Source of the DNA: Nitrososphaerota archaeon
GTDB taxonomy: Archaea; Thermoproteota; Nitrososphaeria_A; Caldarchaeales; Caldarchaeaceae
Direction: 5' to 3'
Length of the DNA: 64,000 nucleotides
Assembly (NCBI GenBank): GCA_041641305.1
Contig: JBEPYN010000002.1
Coordinates: forward strand, 576,001-640,000
Numbering within the stretch: position 1 is the stretch's first letter; each line of letters opens with the position of its first letter. Both the position numbers and the translations under genes were made by a program. Positions 9,430 through 19,587 of this stretch are shown here, piece by piece. The notes beneath the pieces are model-generated. The model did not search any database. It had not been told where the DNA came from and saw only the letters and a list, made by a program, of their open reading frames with translations.

Positions 9430-10293
9430 ATGGCCACTGCTGTCACTCGACCCAGCTTAGTGAAGAAGGCGCGGCTCGTTGAAGAGGTAGCTGAGCTTAT
9501 CAAGAGACATCCAGTTGTCGCAGTCTTTGACCTGAGAAGCACAAGAGCCAACACCATTCATGAAATGAGGAAAAAGCTCCGCGGACTGTGTGAGATAAGG
9601 ATACTGAAAAAAACCCTGTTCATGAAAGCGTGTAGGCTCGCGGGGAAGCCTGAGCTGGAGAAACTCGTGGAAAACATCAAAATTCCTGTCGGCTTCATCT
9701 TCAGCAGCATCAACAGCTTCCAGCTCGCTCTTACGCTGGAAAAGAACAAGGTTCCCATGCATGCGAAAGCAGGTGAGAAAGCCGACTTCGACATCTGGGT
9801 ACCCGAGACAAACACAGGGCTTCCGCCAGGCCCTATTCTCAGCGACTTCGGCAAACTCAAGATACCTACTAGGATTGAGGGTGGACAGGTTTGGATAGCG
9901 AAGGACACTCTTGTCGCCAAGAAGGGTGAGGAGATATCACAGCTCTTGGCGAGCCTGTTGGCGAAGCTCGACATCAAAGCTGTTCTGAGGGGTGTTAACC
10001 TGATAAGCGCTTATGAGGACGGGGTCTTCTTCAAAGCGGAGGACCTCATCATAGACCCTGCGAAGATTCGGCAGGAGATCGCGTCAGCGGCCTCGCTAGC
10101 CCTCGCTTTCGCAGTCGAAATATCCTACATAACCAAGGAAACTCTGCAGCCGCTGCTGATACGCGCCGAAACACATGCAAGAGCATTGGCTGTCGAGGCA
10201 GGCTACTACACAAAGGAGACGCTGCCACTCGTTTTCGCAAAGGCTTTGGCGGAGTCGAGTGCGTTAGCGCGGGCCGCGGGTGTCTCTGAGTAG
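9430..10293 (+). CDS. rpl10: 50S ribosomal protein L10/P0 (uL10)
   Basis: MRKKLRG, KKTL, TGLPPGP, IPTRIEGG; probable ATG at 9430. Confidence 0.95.
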   Translation: MATAVTRPSLVKKARLVEEVAELIKRHPVVAVFDLRSTRANTIHEMRKKLRGLCEIRILKKTLFMKACRLAGKPELEKLVENIKIPVGFIFSSINSFQLALTLEKNKVPMHAKAGEKADFDIWVPETNTGLPPGPILSDFGKLKIPTRIEGGQVWIAKDTLVAKKGEEISQLLASLLAKLDIKAVLRGVNLISAYEDGVFFKAEDLIIDPAKIRQEIASAASLALAFAVEISYITKETLQPLLIRAETHARALAVEAGYYTKETLPLVFAKALAESSALARAAGVSE

Positions 10294-12993
10294 GTTGCTT
10301 AGCTCGGGCAGGTTGGAGACGAGCTGCTCCGCTGGTGCGGCGCCTCTGCCGAGGGTTTTGCTGCCGCCGCCACCCCCTCCCGCGAGCTGCAGAAACCTTC
10401 TCAAAACTTCTCCAACGTTCACGCCCTCCGCCACAGCCTTGTCGTTGGCCACTGCAACCACCTTTGCAGTCGGGGCGCCCGCATACGCCAGAGCCACGGC
10501 AGGCTTATCCGTCTTCACAATCTCGGCCGCCAGCTTAATCAGGTAATCCTCGTCATCATACTCCTCTTCAGATATGTAGAGAAGAAGTTTGTCGACGGCT
10601 ATGCCGACGCTTCTTACTTCAGCAGCCCTGTAGCCAATTATTTTTTCCGAAAGGGTTTTGACCGTTTTTCTGAGTGTGCGGAGGTTTTCGTCGAGTTCGG
10701 CCACTTTCTTTACAACATCCTCGACCGGTGTCTGAAGTTTCTGCGCAACCTGGTGCAGCGTGTCCTCGATGTTTTGGTAGCGTGATAGGTTTGCGGGGCC
10801 CGCGGTGAACTCTATTCTCTCAACCCCGTCCTGTATCCTCTCGCTCGAGATGATTTTGATTAAGCCTACGTTCTCTGTGTTTTCGCAGTGTATTCCGCCG
10901 CATGCCTCGGCATCCCATCCAGGTATCTCTACAACCCTTATGACGCCGAGTGGGACTTCGCCGCCTTGGTAAAGTCCGAACCCGTATGTTTCCTCGGCCT
11001 CGTTTCTGTTCATCCAGCTTATCCGCACAGGTATGCGACGCGCCACAACTCTATTAGCCAATCTCTCTATCTCACCTATCTGTTCAGGTGTGAGCCTCTT
11101 GTGGTGATAGAAGTCGAGCCTGCCTTTCTCAGGCTCTTTCCTCGCACCGGCCTGCCATGCATGTTTACCCAGGACACGTCGAACAGCGCCAAGCAGGATA
11201 TGTGTGGCGGTGTGGTGTCTGACGATGGCGTGTCTTCTCTCCGCGTCTACATAGCCCTCCACCTCTTCACCAACCTCTGGAACAGGGCCCTCCACCCTGT
11301 GTAGAATAACGTCGTCTAAGACCTGTGTGTCAACCACTGTGGAGACCTTGTCGCGGAAAACCAGTGTACCAGTGTCACCTACTGCGCCGCCGCTCTCGGG
11401 ATAAAACAGCGTCGCATCGAGTATGACGTGTCCATCCACTACCCCGAGAACCTTTGCACGGAAACTGTAGCTGGTGGGCTGTTCGTAATAGAGTTTCCTC
11501 GTCTTCGGATAAGATGAGACATCTATTTGCTGCCGCGAAGTTGGTTTCTCAGGTGTCTCGCGTAGATGCCGTGAAGCCACCAGCTCGTAGAAGTTTTCGG
11601 GAACCGTTACCTCGACACCTTGCTTGGCAGCCATCTCTGCAACGATATCCGGTGTCAGCCCTTTGTCATCATAGTATTGTATCAGTTTTTCAACCGATAT
11701 TGTTTTGACGTTTTTCAATTCTCTGAGCACTGTTTCGGTTCCGCGTTTTATCGTCTCCCTGAACTTGTTAACCTCATGTTCCACGATGTCGAGAACCTCA
11801 TCCCGCATCTCGGACAAATGGGGAAAATCTTTCCCCCAATACTCTATTTGCATGTCAATTAGGTCGAGCAGCTTCTCTTCGGCATCAACTGTTCTCAGCA
11901 GCCTGTAAGCCCTACGTATGAGAAGCCGTGTAAGATACCCTGTTTTGACGTTGCTGGGGACAACCCCCTCAGCTACTATGAAGGCTATCGCCTTGCTGTA
12001 GTCGAGCGCTGAGTAAACCTTTTCATAGGGAACAATCAGGTCGTTTACCGTTTCGATGCCTATCCCAGCCATCGCGGCGACTTTTCTCCTCAGCTCGCTG
12101 ACCGTGGCATCGGCACCGGGTTTAACAAGTCCTGTGTATTTCGCATATTTGATGAGAAGCTCTTCATCCGGCCTGTTAACGGGTATAAGCTCCCGCACCT
12201 TGGAGAGCAGCTCGCCGTAAATGGCGTCGAAGGCGCTCGGTGTTTGCTGGGAGAACCACGCCAGCCTCTCTATGCCATAGCCTGTGTCAACGGTTTTGAT
12301 AGGTGTCTCAACCCTTCCGCCGTCGAGTGTTTTGAACTGCATGAAGACCAGGGTCGCCAGCTCAAGCCCACCCGCTATCACCTCGAGGCAGGGGCCCTCG
12401 TTGCCGCCGCCCGCCCACCAAGACTCCTTGTAAACAAGCTCGCCGCCAGAGACACCGAGAACATTTGTCATAAACTCGTGACAATACTCCGCCGTCTCCG
12501 ATTTCCAGTAGATTTTTTTATCGGGGTAGTTGAAGGCGTGGTGGCCACCCATCTCAAACACCGTGAGATGGCGGCCGAATGTAAGGCCTATTTTGTCGAG
12601 GTCCACAAGCCTTGCACAGGGCTGGCTTATCACCAAAGGGTTGGCGGGAGGAGGAGCGATACCGTTCGTGACCCAGGGCTGAAAATCAACTATTGACGCA
12701 TCGGTCAAGTAAAGGTCTGTGCGCCACCGCGCCACAATCGGATACGGCCTTATCGGAGCATGGCCTCTCTGAGCGAAAAACTCTATGAAAGCCTGCCTAG
12801 CCTCACCGACCGACAGAGGCCCGGAGCAGTATTTTTTCTCGAGAAAACTGTATTCGACGCAGGGGGATTCACCGCATACCTCTCTGTCGGGGTCGAGGCT
12901 CCAGAAAAACTCGCCGCAAACCCTGCACTGGTTCCTCACAAACCCGTTTTGTAGAAAGAACTCGAGCCTGTATTCTTGCTCGTCGTAGGGCAA
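10264..12993 (-). CDS. alaS: Alanyl-tRNA synthetase
   Basis: ARWRTDLYLTDASI.DFQP, FEMGGHHAFN, DTGYGIER, editing HHTATH and CGG.H, C-terminal GGGGG. Confidence 0.97.
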   Translation of the reverse strand: MPYDEQEYRLEFFLQNGFVRNQCRVCGEFFWSLDPDREVCGESPCVEYSFLEKKYCSGPLSVGEARQAFIEFFAQRGHAPIRPYPIVARWRTDLYLTDASIVDFQPWVTNGIAPPPANPLVISQPCARLVDLDKIGLTFGRHLTVFEMGGHHAFNYPDKKIYWKSETAEYCHEFMTNVLGVSGGELVYKESWWAGGGNEGPCLEVIAGGLELATLVFMQFKTLDGGRVETPIKTVDTGYGIERLAWFSQQTPSAFDAIYGELLSKVRELIPVNRPDEELLIKYAKYTGLVKPGADATVSELRRKVAAMAGIGIETVNDLIVPYEKVYSALDYSKAIAFIVAEGVVPSNVKTGYLTRLLIRRAYRLLRTVDAEEKLLDLIDMQIEYWGKDFPHLSEMRDEVLDIVEHEVNKFRETIKRGTETVLRELKNVKTISVEKLIQYYDDKGLTPDIVAEMAAKQGVEVTVPENFYELVASRHLRETPEKPTSRQQIDVSSYPKTRKLYYEQPTSYSFRAKVLGVVDGHVILDATLFYPESGGAVGDTGTLVFRDKVSTVVDTQVLDDVILHRVEGPVPEVGEEVEGYVDAERRHAIVRHHTATHILLGAVRRVLGKHAWQAGARKEPEKGRLDFYHHKRLTPEQIGEIERLANRVVARRIPVRISWMNRNEAEETYGFGLYQGGEVPLGVIRVVEIPGWDAEACGGIHCENTENVGLIKIISSERIQDGVERIEFTAGPANLSRYQNIEDTLHQVAQKLQTPVEDVVKKVAELDENLRTLRKTVKTLSEKIIGYRAAEVRSVGIAVDKLLLYISEEEYDDEDYLIKLAAEIVKTDKPAVALAYAGAPTAKVVAVANDKAVAEGVNVGEVLRRFLQLAGGGGGGSKTLGRGAAPAEQLVSNLPELSNLLRDTRGPR

Positions 12994-13040
12994 GGGGTCG
13001 ACACCACAAGGCCGCGGTCAAGACGCCGTTTTAACTATTT

Positions 13041-14549
13041 CTAAACAAGCACCTCCGCCGAAAAATTCTTGGAGGAATAGGCGACGAGAGCGAAAGCGAA
13101 CAGAGCATACCCAGACAACAGATAGGGCAGGAAAGCAGGGGGATTAGAGACAAGAGGCTCGAATAAACGGGACATCAGCAGCGGGAGGCTAAGCAGCTGC
13201 GAACCGAGGAGCGGTATAACAACTATGAAAATCGAAATAAAAGAGAAGGGAGAGGAAAGGCGCTTAACAGAAGAAGATATCATCAATGCAAGAAATGAGC
13301 CGAAAACGGCTGAACACAGAAACAGCAAGCCATCCACATATGTGAATGCGATAAACCCGTTGAAAACCTGTATAGCAGCCACCAACACAGATGAAAAAAC
13401 TAAAGAAACAATCACGTAGGCCGCCAATAATGTGTAGAAATAGGATGAGATACGGTATACAGAAAGCTGAACCAGCCATAGATTCTGTTTCTCGGAAAGC
13501 AGCCAATTGAATGAAAGAAGAGCCGGTATCATTGGGGTATACAGTGAGACTATGGTGAGGAAAATTGCCTCGGGCTGGGCGGTGAACGCGAGAACTCGGG
13601 GAAGAGCAGAACCTACGTAGACAAGTAAGAGCAGGACAAAAGCTGTTATCCAAAGACTGCCGTCTCGCAGAAACCTTGTCAAATGAGCTTTGACTAGCAG
13701 AGCCGCAGGACTGTTACCGGGGTTTATCGACAAAAATCTCGCCACAGGCTCCGGAAGTTTGAAAGAGGTTACGAATTTTCTCGGCGGGTCGGTGAAAACA
13801 TTGGTCAATATCGGCGCCAGACCCGCGTATTCCACTGACTTGGAGAGAAAAAGATGTACTGCAAGCAATCCGGCCATAAACAGAGAGGCCGCAGCCGTTT
13901 TGAAGCCGCCTTCCGTTATGCCGAGCAGGAGTGTGGTGGGAAACGGAAAGCCGCTAACCCATGCAAGTGATGCAAAAACATCCAAAAGAGGCATCAACAC
14001 TAATATCATCACAACCCCGCCAACAGCCATCACACATCTCCTCCCCAACCAGTTACGCAAAAGACCAAGTAAATGCGATATCAAAATAGACGAGACAACA
14101 GCCGCCTCAACAACCATAACGAAATTAAACAAATGGATGAGGTGGCGTGGGAAAGTCAATACCGTTACAACAAGCGCCATCGACGGCAGAGAAAACACGT
14201 TGAGGAAAATAAATTGAAACAAAAAATCTGACCACAAATAAGTTCTCGGCCTAACATTAGAGGTGAAAATGTAGTCTATCTCATAGCCCAAGGCCGTAAC
14301 ACCCCCCTTCAAACCAAGAAACACCCCAACCGCTAAGACACCAGACGTCGCCAGCGGCTTCAAAGCCCTGACAAAATCATTCATATCCATACCCATTATA
14401 ACGCCATAGAATCGCAGCGTTATCGAAACCAAACCCAGCACAAGTAAATAAAGCAGGTAGAACATCACAGGAGCGACTGCTCTTGAGAAGGATCTTCCAA
14501 AAGAACCGGCGAACTGCCTCACCTTTACGATAAAAATCTCAATTAACAT
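13041..14549 (-). CDS. Putative ABC exporter permease (about 12 TM)
   Basis: Highly hydrophobic 502-aa protein overlapping the ABC ATPase stop; EIDYIFTS motif typical of ABC-2-like exporters. Confidence 0.7.
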   Translation of the reverse strand: MLIEIFIVKVRQFAGSFGRSFSRAVAPVMFYLLYLLVLGLVSITLRFYGVIMGMDMNDFVRALKPLATSGVLAVGVFLGLKGGVTALGYEIDYIFTSNVRPRTYLWSDFLFQFIFLNVFSLPSMALVVTVLTFPRHLIHLFNFVMVVEAAVVSSILISHLLGLLRNWLGRRCVMAVGGVVMILVLMPLLDVFASLAWVSGFPFPTTLLLGITEGGFKTAAASLFMAGLLAVHLFLSKSVEYAGLAPILTNVFTDPPRKFVTSFKLPEPVARFLSINPGNSPAALLVKAHLTRFLRDGSLWITAFVLLLLVYVGSALPRVLAFTAQPEAIFLTIVSLYTPMIPALLSFNWLLSEKQNLWLVQLSVYRISSYFYTLLAAYVIVSLVFSSVLVAAIQVFNGFIAFTYVDGLLFLCSAVFGSFLALMISSSVKRLSSPFSFISIFIVVIPLLGSQLLSLPLLMSRLFEPLVSNPPAFLPYLLSGYALFAFALVAYSSKNFSAEVLV

Positions 14550-15276
14550 CTTTTTTCACCCGAACAAGAGAGAGGAAGATTTCTTCAAGAGATGCATCAC
14601 CGTTCTCCATCTTAAGCTCCGAAAGGCTCGAGGAACACAAAACTATTCCATCAGCTATTATAGTTACATGGTTGCAGATTTTCTCAGCAGAATCAAGCAG
14701 ATGAGTGGAGATAAGGACGCCACCTCCATTCTTTATGATGTCGTTGATGTAGAGCCTTGTGATTTTCTGGGCCTCTGGGTCAAGTCCGTTGAATGGCTCG
14801 TCGAGAATTAGAATAGTCGGGGAGTTTACAAGCGAAGCTGCTATGGCCAATCTCTGTCGGACACCTTTAGAAAGCTCGTAAACAAGCCTATCTGAAACAT
14901 GGTGCAGCGAATAAGCATCCAACAGTTCAGAAACTTTCCTCCGCAAACCATCACCTTCAAGGCCTTTTAAACGGGCTGAGAAAATCAGAAACTCTTGAAC
15001 TGTCAAGTAGTCTGGAAGGGACGGATTTTCGGGAACATATCCTAACCTTTTTTTGTAGCCGTTGTTGGATGATGGTTTTTCGCCGAGGATGGTTACGGTT
15101 CCTTTGTCAGGTTTCAGAAGTCCGACGATGCATTTCAGGGTCGTTGTTTTTCCTGAGCCGTTGGGGCCAAGTAGGCCATGAACCTGCCCAGCCTCAAGCT
15201 TGAAAGAAACCCCCCTAACAGCGGCCACTTTACCGAAACTTTTCCAGATATCAGCAGCCTCAAGTAGGACAGGCAT
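14539..15276 (-). CDS. ABC transporter ATP-binding protein
   Basis: GPNGSGKTT, LSKGVRQR signature, ILILDEP, STH. Confidence 0.95.
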   Translation of the reverse strand: MPVLLEAADIWKSFGKVAAVRGVSFKLEAGQVHGLLGPNGSGKTTTLKCIVGLLKPDKGTVTILGEKPSSNNGYKKRLGYVPENPSLPDYLTVQEFLIFSARLKGLEGDGLRRKVSELLDAYSLHHVSDRLVYELSKGVRQRLAIAASLVNSPTILILDEPFNGLDPEAQKITRLYINDIIKNGGGVLISTHLLDSAEKICNHVTIIADGIVLCSSSLSELKMENGDASLEEIFLSLVRVKKDVN

Positions 15277-15318
15277 CCGATAAACAATACAAATGAGATG
15301 GGTAAAAAATTTTTGATG

Positions 15319-15630
15319 TTATCCGAAGAGGGCGCTCAGACCAGATAGAGCCTCTTCCTGCGCCTTCTCCTCCTTCGGTTTCTCGGCGGGAGCCTCTGCT
15401 GCCTGTGGAGCTGCGGCGGCTGCGGCAGGTGCCGCTGCAACTGCTACAGGAGCTGCGGTCGCCTGTTTTAGGACCTCGTCGATGTTTATCTCGGCTAGGG
15501 CCGCGGACAGTGATTTGATTTTCGACATGTCAGGCGTGATACCCGCTGCTTCGACAACTCTCTTCAAGCTTTCCTCGTCGATTTTTTTGCCAGCCTTGTG
15601 GAGCAACAGCGCTGCGTAAACATACTCCAT
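15319..15630 (-). CDS. rpl12: 50S ribosomal protein L12 (P1/P2 stalk)
   Basis: [11 protein letters not shown]..., Ala-rich hinge, C-terminal GLSALFG. Confidence 0.97.
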   Translation of the reverse strand: MEYVYAALLLHKAGKKIDEESLKRVVEAAGITPDMSKIKSLSAALAEINIDEVLKQATAAPVAVAAAPAAAAAAPQAAEAPAEKPKEEKAQEEALSGLSALFG

Positions 15631-15776
15631 CTTTCTATGCACCTGATGTTTTTGACAACTGCCCATTCTTAAATATTAACTGGGCTAGTTCAGCCGGATG
15701 CTGGAAAGACTTTATAAATAGTGGCCCCGGAGTTTGACAAAATATTTCTTTACGCCGAGGAATTAGGTATTGGTGG

Positions 15777-16877
15777 ATGAAGCGCACCGGCACGGCTACG
15801 CTGTGGTTGACAGAGGGTTCGGTGCCGCATTTTAGGGAGATGGTGGAGCTTGGTCGTGAGATTATGAGGGCGCTGTGTGAGCAAGTGGGTAATGAGGAGA
15901 CGGTTAGAAGGTTTGCGGACCCGTTCTGGTTAAGCAGCCTTGCATGCGCACTGGGGTTTGAGTGGAACACGAGCGGGCAGACCACGGTAACGCTGAAGGC
16001 TCTCAGCCACGGGCTTGTGGGGACAGATATCCCGGTCAGGGTTTTGGGAGGAAAGGGTGCTGAGATGCGGTCGGCTCAGTTGGAGGCGGGCAAGCTTCTC
16101 GCTGAAATCGGCGTCAGAGAGGTTGGGGAAATCCGCAGGGCCATGAGACTCACGACGTCCGTCGACAACGCAGCACTACAGGACTCTTACGACATCTATT
16201 TCCACGCCGCAATTGTGTCCGAATCCGGGCAGTGGGTCATTATCAACCAAGGCATGAACACGGATAATAAGACAGCGAGACGTTATCACTGGTCAAGCGA
16301 CCGCGGTCTCGGCGTTGTGGAGCCTCACACAGAGATTTTGAGTGAGGCTGTTGAGGATGTGGTGCTCGACCTGACAAGCACAGCATCCGCGGAAACATGT
16401 CAGACAATCCTTGAGATGCTTGAGGACACTCCGCCCAGCAGGCTTAACCAAGACCTCGCACAGATCAAGGCAATAGCTCGTAAACAACACACCCTCACAG
16501 ACTCATTCGAAGATCTTCCCACAATCCCGACGCATCTCTCCCCACCCAATAGGTTTGACGAGGAAACAATTAGAAGGGCCAAAAACGTGTCAAGCTTCGA
16601 CGAGCTTTTGACAACGCAGGGAGTAGGAGCAGCCACCATACGCGGGCTCGCCTACATAGCCGCCCTCATCTATGGCTCAAAGGTGTCGTGGCGGGACCCG
16701 GTTAAATTCAGCTACGCCTTCGGAACCAAAAGCGGGAAACCCTATCCAGTCAACAAAGCAGCCATGCTTGAGGCCGCTGAATTCATCAAACAGGCCGTTA
16801 TGGCGTCTAAGATGGGTGACGAAACAAAGCTAATGGTTCTACGTAGGCTAAACAGTTTGCTGGAGTCCAACCACTAG
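15777..16877 (+). CDS. DUF763-family protein
   Basis: RFADPFW, GFEWNTSGQTT, LQDSY..YFH, QGMN, ARRYHW, DPVKFSYA.G.K.G.PYPV. Confidence 0.88.
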   Translation: MKRTGTATLWLTEGSVPHFREMVELGREIMRALCEQVGNEETVRRFADPFWLSSLACALGFEWNTSGQTTVTLKALSHGLVGTDIPVRVLGGKGAEMRSAQLEAGKLLAEIGVREVGEIRRAMRLTTSVDNAALQDSYDIYFHAAIVSESGQWVIINQGMNTDNKTARRYHWSSDRGLGVVEPHTEILSEAVEDVVLDLTSTASAETCQTILEMLEDTPPSRLNQDLAQIKAIARKQHTLTDSFEDLPTIPTHLSPPNRFDEETIRRAKNVSSFDELLTTQGVGAATIRGLAYIAALIYGSKVSWRDPVKFSYAFGTKSGKPYPVNKAAMLEAAEFIKQAVMASKMGDETKLMVLRRLNSLLESNH

Positions 16878-17140
16878 ATACGGGTCACGGACTGGACATC
16901 ATATTCGCCCACAAGCTCCACCGACGAGAGATATTGTTCAAGCGCCTCACCCACCCCGTCCACCTCGGGCATTAGGAAACCAATCACGAGCGCCTTCAGC
17001 CCAAACCCTATGTCCTCAACCCTTTTGTCACTTACCTGCACATCATTCGGCAGGTTTGATTCAACAGCCTTCGCCACCTCATCCAAATCCGTGTCAGAGT
17101 CTTTTGGCAAAATCCTGACAACCATCAATACCTTACCCAT
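16874..17140 (-). CDS. ef1b: Translation elongation factor aEF-1beta
   Basis: ILPKDSDTDLD..., EDIGFGLKAL; ATG at 17140. Confidence 0.92.
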   Translation of the reverse strand: MGKVLMVVRILPKDSDTDLDEVAKAVESNLPNDVQVSDKRVEDIGFGLKALVIGFLMPEVDGVGEALEQYLSSVELVGEYDVQSVTRI

Positions 17141-17165
17141 GCGCGATAATCTGTTTGACCACAAT

Positions 17166-18056
17166 TTAACGCATACTTGGCAACATTTTTCGACGGATGT
17201 AGGCATCCATTCTCGCGCAGAGTGTAGCGGCCCCGGATGAGCCTGCTTTCTCGAACATTTTGGACGCATCTGTGAGAGCGTGCGTAGTTAAGTGAGCCAC
17301 CCCATGCGAGAGTAGTGCAAGCGCTTCATACAAGTATTCCTGCGCCGCTTCGTTGAACAGGTTTTCTCCAGAATATGCTGCGGCTTGGTGGAAGTGTTCC
17401 AAGCTTTCGGTGAGAAGTATGTCGTCTTTTACAAGGCTTCCCCGGTCTGGGCGTGGCTTGGGATTTACGAGGTCGTCAGCTGTGTTGATGTTGGCGAACT
17501 CGTAGGGATCTGAAGAAAGTTTGAACCCCACCACGAGCAACAACCTGTCAGCGCATCTAAGCATGTCCGAGGCCCTGTAAAGACCTCTCCTCTGAGCAAA
17601 CACTTTTTCGAGATAATGCTTCACCGTGTCGATGGACAACACCTGCACAAGCGTCTCCACCATCCCGTTGCCCCAGACAACAGATAAAGCGGAAGGGCTA
17701 TTATCGAGAAATTGTTCAACCAGTTTCTTGAACGTGGTGGGCTTTATCCTAGGCGTATCGGTTGGGCATGTAACCATCGCATCGGCTCCGAGTCTTTTAG
17801 CCGCCGTCAAAACTCCCGAGAGAGGTCCCGCGGGGAACTCGTCAACGATGTAGCCGCTCACATATGGTTCACAGGCTTTTACCAGCTCTTCACCTCTCCT
17901 GGCATCCTTTACGCTTAGCCAAACCTCGTCAACAGCTTCGTGAAGAGACTTTGCGACATGTCTAACCAAAGGCTCACCGTCGAGGAGGGCAAGAGCCTTA
18001 TCGCCTCCAAACCTTCTCGAAACACCTCCGGATAGAACAACACCGTAAACCCGCAT
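17166..18056 (-). CDS. mobA: Molybdenum cofactor guanylyltransferase MobA with C-terminal helical extension
   Basis: LSGGVSRRFGGDKA, GPLSG, PTD.P, NINT.DDL. Confidence 0.88.
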   Translation of the reverse strand: MRVYGVVLSGGVSRRFGGDKALALLDGEPLVRHVAKSLHEAVDEVWLSVKDARRGEELVKACEPYVSGYIVDEFPAGPLSGVLTAAKRLGADAMVTCPTDTPRIKPTTFKKLVEQFLDNSPSALSVVWGNGMVETLVQVLSIDTVKHYLEKVFAQRRGLYRASDMLRCADRLLLVVGFKLSSDPYEFANINTADDLVNPKPRPDRGSLVKDDILLTESLEHFHQAAAYSGENLFNEAAQEYLYEALALLSHGVAHLTTHALTDASKMFEKAGSSGAATLCARMDAYIRRKMLPSMR

Positions 18057-18062
18057 GCCTCT

Positions 18063-18587
18063 TCACTTCAAACCTAGAGCCCTCCTCACATGGTTGAAAA
18101 AACTCGGCGAAAACTCCGGCCCATAGACGGGAACATGCAAAACTGGCGGCGAAAAATCTTCTATACGGTAAACAGCTATGATCGGCGGAGAAATCTCTTC
18201 AATCAACCTTAGGTCTTCTTGTTTTCTAACGGTCAATATTTTGTGAACATCTGGAGACTTTCCATAAAGAGCCGCGAACCCCTCATAGACGATGACGTCG
18301 ATTCCCTGTTCTTGGAAAATTTTTCTGAGGAACATGTGGTTCATGGGCTCCTGTGCCTGCCGAGGGATTATTATGGCTGTTTCGTTAGGTGATACACTTG
18401 TAACAATCTTGGCCCCGCTCCGGGCCATACGCCATGTATCCTTGCCCTCTGTGTCGATTGTGAATTCGTGATGAATGTGTTTAACAGCGGCGACACGGTA
18501 CCCAGCAGCCGCCAAGTCTTCGATAATCCTAGTGGCGAGGAGAGTTTTGCCGGTTTTTTTGAACCCCATTATCGCCAGATGTTTCAC
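18063..18587 (-). CDS. mobB: Molybdopterin-guanine dinucleotide biosynthesis protein MobB
   Basis: GFKKTGKT, VKHIHHEF.ID.EGKDTWR, VYEGF. Confidence 0.92.
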   Translation of the reverse strand: MKHLAIMGFKKTGKTLLATRIIEDLAAAGYRVAAVKHIHHEFTIDTEGKDTWRMARSGAKIVTSVSPNETAIIIPRQAQEPMNHMFLRKIFQEQGIDVIVYEGFAALYGKSPDVHKILTVRKQEDLRLIEEISPPIIAVYRIEDFSPPVLHVPVYGPEFSPSFFNHVRRALGLK

Positions 18588-18671
18588 ACAAATTGTTCAC
18601 TGACGGGGGTAATATGCATATCAATATGGTGCGCAAAAGTTATAACACCGCCGCCGAGACGCAGGGCCGGG

Positions 18672-18923
18672 TTGTACGAAGACCTCATCATTTTACTGAT
18701 TGTTTTCACCGCAACCACTATAGCGGCCTTGGTATACATTCTTCTCAAAACATCGCCACGTGCTCCGCCACCACGTCAAACCATAGTGATAAACAGCGCC
18801 GACATCCCGCCGCAAACAGATACACATCTCTCCCCGATAATTTTGCAGACTGAGAAGAATGTTGAGATGCTTGAAAAGGAGGTGGAGAGTGTTCTTGGTG
18901 GAGGCGAAGAAAAGAGCGGCTGA
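18672..18923 (+). CDS. Small single-TM membrane protein (hypothetical, ~83 aa)
   Basis: TTG at 18672 lies about 26 nt after a BRE/TATA-like GCAAAAGTTATAA; N-terminal TM helix, Pro-rich linker, acidic tail. Confidence 0.5.
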   Translation: MYEDLIILLIVFTATTIAALVYILLKTSPRAPPPRQTIVINSADIPPQTDTHLSPIILQTEKNVEMLEKEVESVLGGGEEKSG

Positions 18924-19563
18924 GGCTGCGGTAGAGTTTGTGGAGGACGGGTTCGTGGTGGGGGTGGGCAGCGGCACAACTGTTTCGCTGATTTTGTCAG
19001 CGCTGGCTGCTGCTGGGAAAAGAGTAGTGATTATTCCAGCATCTTGGCAAAGCCGCTTCGAGGCGATTGAGGCGGGGCTAACTGTTTCGAGCTTGGATCA
19101 GCATCCTTTTCCCGATGTCTATCTCGACAGCTTCGACCAGGTGACACGAGAAGGTGTGATGATTAAGGGCGGAGGCGGCGCCATGCTGAGGGAGAAGGTT
19201 CTCGCTTCGGCGTCGAGAAAAAGGGTCTTTCTCGGCGACCAAAGCAAGCTTGTGGAGAAGCTCAGCAGGCCCGTGCCTCTGGAAATCATCCCCTTCGCGT
19301 ACAAGCTTGTGGAAAACAAGCTCAAGGAAAAAGGTGTAAAACTTGTGACGAGGACCTCGCCGGCCAAAAATGGGCCCACCATATCCGACAACGGCAACTT
19401 TCTCGCCGACGCGGACTTTGGCCAAATAGATGAACCAGCTCAGGTGGAAAATTTTCTCAGAAAAATACCAGGCGTTGTCGAGACAGGGATTTTCATAGGC
19501 TACATCGACACGTTGATAATCGCTTACGCCGATGGAATGGTTGAGCGTCTGAATTTTGGTTAA
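18889..19563 (+). CDS. rpiA: Ribose-5-phosphate isomerase A
   Basis: GVGSGTT, IKGGGGAMLREK, SDNGN, PGVVETGIF; GGAGGTG RBS before GTG 18889. Confidence 0.95.
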   Translation: MFLVEAKKRAAEAAVEFVEDGFVVGVGSGTTVSLILSALAAAGKRVVIIPASWQSRFEAIEAGLTVSSLDQHPFPDVYLDSFDQVTREGVMIKGGGGAMLREKVLASASRKRVFLGDQSKLVEKLSRPVPLEIIPFAYKLVENKLKEKGVKLVTRTSPAKNGPTISDNGNFLADADFGQIDEPAQVENFLRKIPGVVETGIFIGYIDTLIIAYADGMVERLNFG

Positions 19564-19587
19564 AAAGCTTATATAAATCATTCAAGT

